NCBI GenBank assembly: GCA_905236055.1
Contig: CAJOOA010000095.1
Location: 1-53,741, forward strand
Origin: Candidatus Gastranaerophilales bacterium
GTDB taxonomy: Bacteria > Cyanobacteriota > Vampirovibrionia > Gastranaerophilales > Gastranaerophilaceae
Length of the DNA stretch: 53,741 nucleotides
Direction of reading: 5' to 3'
The notes beneath the pieces are model-generated. The model ran no database searches. It was not told where the DNA came from and saw only the letters and a program-made list of their open reading frames with translations. Of the stretch, positions 1-8,164 are shown piece after piece; the first letter of the stretch is position 1; each line of letters begins with the position of its first letter. Position numbers and translations under genes: made by a program.

Positions 1-5
1 AGTTG

Positions 6-139
6 GTAGGGTGGGTAAAGCTACATTTTGCTTGAAGTTTAGACGAAAATTACTGAGTGCGTACCCACCAAATATTTAGTGGTGGAAATGTGCGTTCAAT
101 CATTTTAAAATACATCATTTTTAGCATTTTCCACCCTAC
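6..139. repeat. REPIN-like element: two GTAG-type REP-like hairpins in inverted orientation
   Basis: GTAGGGTGG (6-14) and its reverse complement CCACCCTAC (131-139). Internal stems GGTGGGTA (10-17)/TACCCACC (62-69) and GGTGGAAA (81-88)/TTTCCACC (128-135). Confidence 0.65.
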
Positions 140-202
140 ATAATTCTCAAAATCCCTGTTCTTTCTTCTCAAACTGACAGTTGTTTTACAAGAATCGTTT
201 TT

Positions 203-390
203 GTGAGTTCGAGCAAGCCGAGCAGAGGCACGAAGCGGAGTGTAACGAAGCGGAGAGACGAAACACGCATCAACGGAAATTGTAGGATTTCAGTTGCAAG
301 TGTGAGCGGTGCCGTTTAACGCGAGGCGCAGCAAGTCGTGGCAGGCACGTTTAATGCGAACAGGTCAAGGCAGTCTCGTCTTCCGTTCCA
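203..390 (+). pseudogene. tRNA-Gly-like 3' fragment (T-arm, acceptor strand, CCA) interrupted in the T-loop by a ~160-bp insert; probable att-site remnant
   Basis: Joining GTGAGTTCGAG (203-213) to TCTCGTCTTCCGTTCCA (374-390) gives a near match to the tRNA-Gly 3' end GCGAGTTCGAGTCTCGTCTTCCGCTCCA. No 5' half is visible upstream. Confidence 0.6.
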
Positions 391-392
391 AA

Positions 393-417
393 AGAAGCAC
401 CGTAAGGTGGTTTTTTT
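393..417 (+). terminator. Rho-independent terminator after the tRNA fragment
   Basis: CACC-GTAA-GGTG hairpin (398-409) followed by a T7 tract. Confidence 0.55.
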
Positions 418-796
418 ACATATTTTGCAAGTAATTATATTTTCACAAGAAGTTTGATTATCGTATATAAAATGATTATTAAATGTCAAAAGCCAATGTT
501 ATCACGATTTTTGGCGTTTTTTATGTTTTGAGATAGAAAAAATCATACCATTTAAACTTTCGATTGACTTCCGTCACTTTTCTAATCTTGAGAGAGTGCA
601 TTATTAGTGTATTTTAAGTTGATCTTATAAAATTTTTCAAATTTCACAAACAGTATGGTGTTTCCAGCAAAATTTAAAAGTTGGAAATTTAAGTTTTGAA
701 CTTGGAAGAAAAGTCGGAGAATTTAAAATATATATGGAAATTTACATTAAACTTATTATAAATTTTTATGTTAATATTATTTCAGGAGACAAAATA

Positions 797-1618
797 TTGG
801 ATATGGAAAGTTCGTACCTAAATTCTATTATTTGTGGTGATGCAGTAGATGTTCTAAAAAAGTTACCAAATAATTGCATTGATTTGGTTATAACTTCACC
901 ACCTTATGATAATTTGCGAACATACAATGGATTTGAAGTTAATTTACATAAAGTTGGAAGTGAATTATTTAGAGTATTAAAAGATGGGGGTGTTGTTGCA
1001 ATGGTTATTCAAGATGCTACACATAACTTTGCAAAAACATTAACATCTTTTAGAACGATAGTAGATTGGTGTGATAACATTGGTTTTAAGCTTTTTGAAA
1101 CCTGTATATATCATAAAAATGGTACCGAAGGGGCTTGGTGGAAGCAAAGATTTAGAGTTGACCATGAATATATGCCGATATTTTTTAAAGGGGATAAACC
1201 ACAATTTTTTAATAAAGAGCCATTAAAAATTCCATCTAAACATGGTGGAAAAGTTATGACAGGTAGTGGAAACCGAAGAACAGACGGAACAACAACCAAT
1301 ACTGTAACAAGAGCAATTAATATTATGAAATGTCGTGGAACAGTTTGGGATTATATGATGGCAGGTGATAAAAATCCTTTAAAACGAAAACACCCTGCAG
1401 TATTCCCTGATAAAATACCTTATGATTTTATTCAATGCTTTTGCCCTGAAAATGGAATTGTTTTAGACCCATTTGTTGGATGCGGTTCAACAGTTGTAAT
1501 GGCTAAATTATTAAATAGAAATTATATTGGCATAGATATTTCAGAAGAATATTGCAAGTTATCCGAACAAAGATTAAAGGAGGATACTAAAGAATGTCAG
1601 CAATTGAAAATTTATTAA
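797..1618 (+). CDS. Site-specific DNA methyltransferase, beta class (N4-C/N6-A)
   Basis: Motif IV DLVITSPPY precedes HPAVFP and motif I DPFVGCGST. ORF track starts at 734; AGGAG at 784-788 favours TTG 797 (or ATG 803). Confidence 0.92.
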   Translation: MDMESSYLNSIICGDAVDVLKKLPNNCIDLVITSPPYDNLRTYNGFEVNLHKVGSELFRVLKDGGVVAMVIQDATHNFAKTLTSFRTIVDWCDNIGFKLFETCIYHKNGTEGAWWKQRFRVDHEYMPIFFKGDKPQFFNKEPLKIPSKHGGKVMTGSGNRRTDGTTTNTVTRAINIMKCRGTVWDYMMAGDKNPLKRKHPAVFPDKIPYDFIQCFCPENGIVLDPFVGCGSTVVMAKLLNRNYIGIDISEEYCKLSEQRLKEDTKECQQLKIY

Positions 1619-2640
1619 AGGATAAACATAATGATAAAATAGATTATGAATCATTATTAAAGAAATTTCCTTGGATTAATGAAAAAGATAAATATTGTAT
1701 TTTAAGTCCGGATAGTGATGGATTATTATGTGGTCTCTTTTTATCAAAATATAGGAATTGGAAAATTGTTGGATTTTATGATGATAAAGTTGGAGTAATA
1801 AACTATAATCACCTATCAAAGGATTTAATCTTTTTGGATGGCGAAATTTTTAGAAACAATGCAAAAAGTATGGGGCATCACATGTTGAAATTGAATAAAA
1901 TTCAAAATGTCGATTTTTCTAATTTTGATAATTGCATTCAACCAAATTTGCTACGAAATTATGATGGAAAGCATGATTTTCGTTTAAAATATCCATTGGC
2001 TACAATACATATGTTAATTAGCATTATTGCATATGCTGATAAAATCAATAAAGGGCATACTGATATAAAATTCACGGAATCCGCCATCGCTCCACTATTT
2101 TTCACGGATGGAGTATTTAATGTTTTATTTTCATATCCTGAAAATGTTTTGAATTGGTTATCATATTTGAGAATTAACGAAGATTGGAATCCTTTAAAAA
2201 ATATTTTTGAAAATGAAACGTTTTCCGTTTTTTCTACGATGAAATTGATGAATCAGTTTTTCAGAGAAAGGGATAAAATAACTTTGGGAAAAGAAAGGGG
2301 GGACCGTTTAAAAATTTCATCAAAAGATGGAACGCCTTACAATATAGAAGAAGTAAAAGATCATGTAAAGATAAATTTCTCTGCAAAAGAACGAATTAAG
2401 AGATTTTTGAATATGGTGGGAAATATGACAAATTTCCCTTTTATAGAGGATAAATGGCTGTGTTGGGAAGATTTACAATATTTTAAATTTACGAAACAGG
2501 ATTTTAAAAAACATAATTGGACACTAACAAATGCGAACTTTGAAAAATTTCTATCTTTAAATCCGTTATCTTGGGCAATGACTTCAGGAGAAAATATTGA
2601 ATTCACATTAGAAGAACCAGCAAAATTCAATTTTTTATAG
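1594..2640 (+). CDS. Hypothetical protein with DHH-phosphoesterase-like motifs, coupled to the methyltransferase
   Basis: 348 aa, AGGAGG RBS at 1578-1583, 25-bp overlap with the MTase. Motifs ILSPDSDG, LIFLDG and SMGHH resemble DHH motifs I-III. Confidence 0.6.
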   Translation: MSAIENLLKDKHNDKIDYESLLKKFPWINEKDKYCILSPDSDGLLCGLFLSKYRNWKIVGFYDDKVGVINYNHLSKDLIFLDGEIFRNNAKSMGHHMLKLNKIQNVDFSNFDNCIQPNLLRNYDGKHDFRLKYPLATIHMLISIIAYADKINKGHTDIKFTESAIAPLFFTDGVFNVLFSYPENVLNWLSYLRINEDWNPLKNIFENETFSVFSTMKLMNQFFRERDKITLGKERGDRLKISSKDGTPYNIEEVKDHVKINFSAKERIKRFLNMVGNMTNFPFIEDKWLCWEDLQYFKFTKQDFKKHNWTLTNANFEKFLSLNPLSWAMTSGENIEFTLEEPAKFNFL

Positions 2641-2929
2641 AATGTCTTGATTTTATAACTTTTATAGCAATATTTTTCAATGTAGTGTATTCCAATACAA
2701 ACAATTTTTGAAAATATATAACTTGTCCTTTGTACATTTCCTTATGGTATATAATACAACGAGTAATGATATATGTAAGTTATTTTTATAATTTACTGCT
2801 GAATAAATATTTAGGTATGATTTATAAAATACTCAAAATGTAATCATGTATTTGCGGGTTCGTTTTTCGTCTCCACGATAGTGATAAAAAATCTCAAACC
2901 AACAGTGAATTTATAATAATGCTAATGCT

Positions 2930-3736
2930 CTAAGCATTTTTCCTTGCTTTTTTATTAGCTGCGGAGTCTGCTATTGCTCCCATTATGAACCCACCGAGCA
3001 TAAAGCCGCCTAATAATATTAATGTGGTTAAACTGGCTGTACTTTTATATATTTTATTCAATCCTGTTTTCAATTTTTCTGAATCAGTGCCGTTTTTAAA
3101 GATGTTTTCTATAGATTGTTTGTTTATATCCATGTATTCTTTGACATTGCCCGTATTTAGCAAACGATTAACTCCCATAAAAGTTGCTCCGGTTCCAAGT
3201 CCCAAGAGCGTGCCAATTCTTTTGCCATCATTTGATTTATAATATAAATTTCCGTTTTCAGAAATTTTTATATTTTTGTTATCATTGGGTGCTTGTTCCG
3301 ATCCCTTATAGCGAATTTCGTCAGATGCCATTTGAGCATTTTTGTTTCTCAATCTATTTACTATTAAACCGCATCCAAGAGTTAATCCGGAAGCCAGTAT
3401 AGCAGGTATTAATATACGAGACGTTGGAGTATTTGCTACTTTTTTATAATATTCCGATAGTTTTTCTAAATTAACTATTTTATTTAGTCTTTCTTTTTCC
3501 TGTTCGCTCGCAGTGGCCAAAAAATTTTCCAATTCCTTTGCTTTTGAGGATGCTATTTTTGAATTTGTTTTTCCAAAACTATATTGATGTATAAATGCCG
3601 GAACAGCGAGAATACCTCCTGCAATTGCTGCAGAATTTGTACTATAATAGGGGTTTCCATTTTTTGTTTCTCTATAATTACCTCTAAAATTTGGATTTTG
3701 AGTTTTAACAGAAACATTACTAATATTTAATGACAT
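2930..3736 (-). CDS. Hypothetical membrane protein with a two-unit internal repeat
   Basis: Likely start MSLNIS at 3736 (GAAGGTG RBS; ORF track start 3841). About four Gly/Ala-rich hydrophobic segments; NGNxYY motif repeated. Confidence 0.75.
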   Translation of the reverse strand: MSLNISNVSVKTQNPNFRGNYRETKNGNPYYSTNSAAIAGGILAVPAFIHQYSFGKTNSKIASSKAKELENFLATASEQEKERLNKIVNLEKLSEYYKKVANTPTSRILIPAILASGLTLGCGLIVNRLRNKNAQMASDEIRYKGSEQAPNDNKNIKISENGNLYYKSNDGKRIGTLLGLGTGATFMGVNRLLNTGNVKEYMDINKQSIENIFKNGTDSEKLKTGLNKIYKSTASLTTLILLGGFMLGGFIMGAIADSAANKKARKNA

Positions 3737-3824
3737 ACTGACACCTTCCACATTCACACTATATTTTATAAAAGTATAATTGGAACGTGGAATTGCTATA
3801 TAACATTCTGAGCGTCTAATAATT

Positions 3825-3842
3825 GTTACATAATTTAACAAT
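3825..3842. promoter_or_regulatory. HLR1-like direct repeat (possible OmpR-family binding site)
   Basis: GTTACATA-AT-TTAACAAT, ~90 bp upstream of the 3736 start; similar sites recur in other intergenic regions. Confidence 0.35.
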
Positions 3843-3927
3843 AAAAAGCGATAACGACATGTAATATAACATAGACTGTTATTACAAGATTTAGAATATA
3901 TTGCTTTTTTGCAAAAATTTAAAGTAG

Positions 3928-5088
3928 TTATTCGGCCGAAATTGTTTCTCGCATGGCCTCATTTATAATGGCTTCATATATGTCGTTTGACAGTTCAACT
4001 TTCTCATCAAAATTTTTGTATTCTCTTTGTAATGCTTCTGAAAATCTCAATTTGCGTCTATCAGTCCAAAAGTATTTCAAAAACGCATTTTTGTAGTGAG
4101 CTTCAATATCTTCAATAGTTTTCGACATCGCTTCAATGTCAACGGTTGCCTTGAATTCTAAGAAAAACGGATTTGTTAATGTGCTTTTTTCTTTCCACAA
4201 ATCTCTTGCTCCTCTGTATATACGTTTTAATAAGCCGATTTTTGATTTTGTCAGTTCGGGTTCTTGTTCCAGTTTTTGTAAAGGATTTGTGCCGTTGTAA
4301 TTTCTTTTTCCGTTGTTATACATTTGAATCAAAAATGCATCAGCCAAGTTTTGAGTAGCATGTATTGAATTATCGGGATAAAGAGTTTTTTGCCAGACTT
4401 CTTTAAAAATACTCCAGGGATTCCCGTACGTTTTACAAGTTTCCTGCCCCAGATCCGATCTTAATCTGCTGCTTGACCATGCGTTTGTGTATACTACGGA
4501 AACTCTTGTATCAGAATCCGCGAGTCTTATTTCGGAGAACTTTTTTTCTGTTTTTTCAATTGATTTTATAAATTTTCTGAAGTAGCACACTTTATTTTTT
4601 TTATCTTTTAGCGGTATTTTATCAAGTTCTATATTGTTATCTTGAAGGATTTTCATAATGGATTTTTCTTCGGTGCCATAACGATTAATAATGTCATCGT
4701 ATAAGTATGTCGGAATCAAGTCTTTGTATTTTCGTAAATCTCTTTTTAATTTATCTGTAAATGCATCATAATTTTTGTATAAAATAGAATTTCTGTTGGT
4801 ATTTCTGTATGAATCCAAAACGGATTTGTCATCTTGTGGTTCTGCGATTTTTGACTGATTTGTTTCAGTATTTTTAATTTTATGTTCGAATGTATCAAAA
4901 ATTTGTACAGGACAATTCCCGTCACCATATAAAGTAACGGTTTTCAGAAGTCCTTTTTGTTTGGCTATTTTGTTAATTGATTTTGAAAAATCAACAGATT
5001 TATAAAACCTGCCATTTTCAATATATCTTGAAACAACAGTTCCTGTTTTTGTAATTAACGGTTCTCCGACTTTGATAATTTCCGGCAT
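3928..5088 (-). CDS. Hypothetical protein
   Basis: 386-aa ORF with AAGGA RBS; soluble, Lys/Glu-rich, no recognised motif. Confidence 0.75.
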   Translation of the reverse strand: MPEIIKVGEPLITKTGTVVSRYIENGRFYKSVDFSKSINKIAKQKGLLKTVTLYGDGNCPVQIFDTFEHKIKNTETNQSKIAEPQDDKSVLDSYRNTNRNSILYKNYDAFTDKLKRDLRKYKDLIPTYLYDDIINRYGTEEKSIMKILQDNNIELDKIPLKDKKNKVCYFRKFIKSIEKTEKKFSEIRLADSDTRVSVVYTNAWSSSRLRSDLGQETCKTYGNPWSIFKEVWQKTLYPDNSIHATQNLADAFLIQMYNNGKRNYNGTNPLQKLEQEPELTKSKIGLLKRIYRGARDLWKEKSTLTNPFFLEFKATVDIEAMSKTIEDIEAHYKNAFLKYFWTDRRKLRFSEALQREYKNFDEKVELSNDIYEAIINEAMRETISAE

Positions 5089-5152
5089 TTTTAATAATCC
5101 TTACGTTTATTTAAAACCCGTAAAAATAAAATTTGCCAAAAATTTTTCAATA

Positions 5153-6331
5153 TTAGCGAGAAATTTTTAAATTGTTTTTTAAATATTTTAATGCTTGTTT
5201 TAGCACTCGATCATTTTTACGAATATAGTCGTATTTTCTCATACTTACGTATATATCCGGTTCGATCCCTTTTTTATTTATAAAATTACCTGAAGGAGTA
5301 AGGTAGTGTTTTACAGTAATATTAATTCCGCAGTTGTCAGGCAGTTTAAAAACGTCTTGCATTACACCTTTACCAAAAGTTTTTTCTCCTATGATAATTG
5401 CCCTATTGTTATCTTTCAGAGCGGCAACAAAAATTTCACTAGCAGAAGCGGAATATCTGTCAGCTAAAACGATAATCGGTTTTTTTGTTAGTGTATCGCT
5501 ATTTGCATTTATAACTTTTTTATTCCCGTCTCTGTCTACTATGCTTAGGATTTCTTTGTCTTGCAAAAGCATGTTTGCCATAACAGCTGCATTTTTTGCT
5601 ATGCCGCCGGAATTTCCTCTCAAATCAATAATATATGCATCAAATTTATCATCAGAATTTTCCATAATTTCTTGGAATTGTCTTGCAAGATTTCTGTCCA
5701 TAAAGGAAACTATTCTATAATATTTTATATTCTTAGGGATTTTGTTTTTTTTGTATGGCGGAGTATCGTACATTGAAATATCTTGTTGTTCAGCCGGAAC
5801 GATTTTGTATGTTTTATCTTCAGAGTGCTTTCTTTTTATGGTAAATTCTACAGAGTTATTATCAATTGCATCTAATGCCGTATTGAAATCATCTGCAGAC
5901 ATGTCTTTTATAGATTTTCCATTGATTTCCAGCAAAATATCATTTTTTTTGATACCGGCTTTTTCGGCAGCACCGTTTTTAACAGGTATAAGGAGGCATT
6001 TGTTTTTAAGTTTTCTTATGTAAATACCGAATTGTAGAGTTTTTCCGTCCATACTTAAAACTTCTTCTCTATATTCACTCGGTTGCATAAATATGGTATA
6101 AGCATCATCAAGACTTTCTATCATTGTATTTATGGCAGTATAGGTATCTTCATATGTTGCAAGATTTTGGTATTTTGTTTTCCAACGGTTCCAATCTTGA
6201 TGGTTCATGGATTTGTCATAAAAATTTTCAGATAAAACTTTCCAAGTTGAATCATAAAGTTCAGTAGGAGTAGCATTAACTTTTATAATGCTAAATAAAA
6301 TTACAATTAAAAAACAAATATACTTTTTCAT
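5153..6331 (-). CDS. S41 family C-terminal processing peptidase (CtpA/Prc-like) with PDZ domain
   Basis: Signal peptide, PDZ (AEKAGIKKNDIL), IIDLRGNSGG, catalytic SASASE, TFGKG, GIEPD. Confidence 0.92.
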   Translation of the reverse strand: MKKYICFLIVILFSIIKVNATPTELYDSTWKVLSENFYDKSMNHQDWNRWKTKYQNLATYEDTYTAINTMIESLDDAYTIFMQPSEYREEVLSMDGKTLQFGIYIRKLKNKCLLIPVKNGAAEKAGIKKNDILLEINGKSIKDMSADDFNTALDAIDNNSVEFTIKRKHSEDKTYKIVPAEQQDISMYDTPPYKKNKIPKNIKYYRIVSFMDRNLARQFQEIMENSDDKFDAYIIDLRGNSGGIAKNAAVMANMLLQDKEILSIVDRDGNKKVINANSDTLTKKPIIVLADRYSASASEIFVAALKDNNRAIIIGEKTFGKGVMQDVFKLPDNCGINITVKHYLTPSGNFINKKGIEPDIYVSMRKYDYIRKNDRVLKQALKYLKNNLKISR

Positions 6332-6343
6332 ACAAAACCTTGA

Positions 6344-8002
6344 TTATTTGGCTAAAATATTGTTATTCAAATCCAAAATTTGAGTTGCGTAATTTTCAAA
6401 TATAGAGCTGTGTGTTATTACAACAATGGTGATTCCATATTTTTCCGAAAACGCTTTAAGCTTAATAGCCAAATTATTTGCAGTATTTTCATCAAGAGCG
6501 GCTGTCGGTTCGTCAAGAATTAAAAGTTGCGGTTTTCTTATAAGTATTCTGGCTAATCCGAGTCGCTGACGCTGTCCGCCGCTTATATTATTAGCATCTT
6601 CGTGTAATTCATAGTCTTTTCCGTATTCTTTTATAAATTCACCGATTTGAGCAACATTAATAACTTCATTCAAAAATTCTTCAGGATAATTTTCTCCGAG
6701 AGTAATGTTATTAATCACTGTGTCCTGAAAAATAAACGGAGATTGGTTCAAAATGTTAACTTGCCTGTAAAAACTGTCATAAGTATAGTCTTTTATATTA
6801 ACTCCGTCAATTTTGATTGAACCATGTTCAAGATAATTAAATCTCATTAAAAGTGATGCAATAGTCGTTTTGCCGACGCCGGTTCTTCCTTTAATGCATA
6901 ACAATTCACCTTTATTCAAATGGAAGTGAATGTTTTGGAGTATATCTTTTTCTTTTGTATACCCAAAACTATCACAATCAAAATCTATTGAATTCACTTC
7001 TGTCATAATTTGTGTTGGTTGCTCAACGCTTTCGTCAACAATAAAGTTTTCTAATCTTTCAGACAATATCATTGTGCTTTTGCAAGAAGATAAATTTGAA
7101 GCGATACCGTTCAAAGGTGATTGAGTCATATTAACAAGCGTATAGACCGCAATGGTTTTTCCTATAGTAAAATGTCCTTTCAAGGTCATATAAATACCTG
7201 TTAATAAAACTGCGACAGGGAATATGTATAAAACGATTGTAAAAATTCCGCTGTACAGAAGTCCCCAATACATTGCCATTTTTTGGTTATGGAAAAGGGA
7301 TTTTTCAAGCATAGTAACCATTTTGTTAACAAAATCATTTTCTTTTCTAAGTTGCTTGATATCTATAAAAGATTTGTGTGCCTGAATATAGAACTGTGTA
7401 AGTTCGCTGGTAGAAGCATAAGTTTTCTTGTTATATTCGGCTTTAATCTTGTTTATTTTTCTTGTACAGCCGAAACAAATACTCATAACAACTACTATAG
7501 TTATGGAAATCGGCGGGTAATAACTCCACAAAATACAAAATCTTATGAGAAAATTAGTCAAACTTTCATAGAAGGATAAATCACCGGAAGCAAGCCACCC
7601 CGCTACAGATTCCGCATCGTTCATAAATTTAGAAGCAACTTCGCCGGAATCTGTTTCTTTTGAGAAAGCAACATTCTGTTTGTAATACGAAGTAAACAAA
7701 TATTTTGTTACATTTTTTGTAAAATCAAGGCCCATAAAGAAGGATATGATTGAACCAATGTTGGATGATATTACATAAACCAAAATTACACCAATTGTGA
7801 GATATAGAGTTTGATAAAAAATGGGTAAATCAACAGTTCCTGCATCAGTTACCGTATCAATCATCTTTTGGACACAAACCATTGCATATGCGGATGCATA
7901 GCAAACTAAAGAATCAATAGAAAAAACCAAAAGTTTGGTAGGAAATTTCATAGGTATATGTTTTTTTATATTCGTATAAACCGGCGATTCTTTTATAAAC
8001 AT
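6344..8002 (-). CDS. ABC exporter, fused permease/ATPase, no C39 peptidase domain
   Basis: N-terminal TM domain; Walker A GRTGVGKT, signature ISGGQRQR, Walker B LLILDEPT, H-loop ITH. Confidence 0.93.
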   Translation of the reverse strand: MFIKESPVYTNIKKHIPMKFPTKLLVFSIDSLVCYASAYAMVCVQKMIDTVTDAGTVDLPIFYQTLYLTIGVILVYVISSNIGSIISFFMGLDFTKNVTKYLFTSYYKQNVAFSKETDSGEVASKFMNDAESVAGWLASGDLSFYESLTNFLIRFCILWSYYPPISITIVVVMSICFGCTRKINKIKAEYNKKTYASTSELTQFYIQAHKSFIDIKQLRKENDFVNKMVTMLEKSLFHNQKMAMYWGLLYSGIFTIVLYIFPVAVLLTGIYMTLKGHFTIGKTIAVYTLVNMTQSPLNGIASNLSSCKSTMILSERLENFIVDESVEQPTQIMTEVNSIDFDCDSFGYTKEKDILQNIHFHLNKGELLCIKGRTGVGKTTIASLLMRFNYLEHGSIKIDGVNIKDYTYDSFYRQVNILNQSPFIFQDTVINNITLGENYPEEFLNEVINVAQIGEFIKEYGKDYELHEDANNISGGQRQRLGLARILIRKPQLLILDEPTAALDENTANNLAIKLKAFSEKYGITIVVITHSSIFENYATQILDLNNNILAK

Positions 8003-8164
8003 ATATTTTGTCCTTTATAATCTAACCAACTATTAAAAATTATAATATATATTTTGACAATAATACACAAAATCGTTATAATTTAATGTATTTGTATGAT
8101 TCATCCACGTGGTGTTACAAATTATTGTTAGATTAGAGTTATATATTTAAGCAGGAGATTTTGT

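Noticed and set aside
203-390. Intact tRNA or canonical group I/II intron
   Set aside because: No D-arm or anticodon arm upstream; the insert is short and I could not identify group I P7 or group II domain V motifs.
1594-2640. Classical type II restriction endonuclease call
   Set aside because: Position fits, but no PD-(D/E)xK, HNH, GIY-YIG or PLD motif was recognised; DHH-like motifs fit better.
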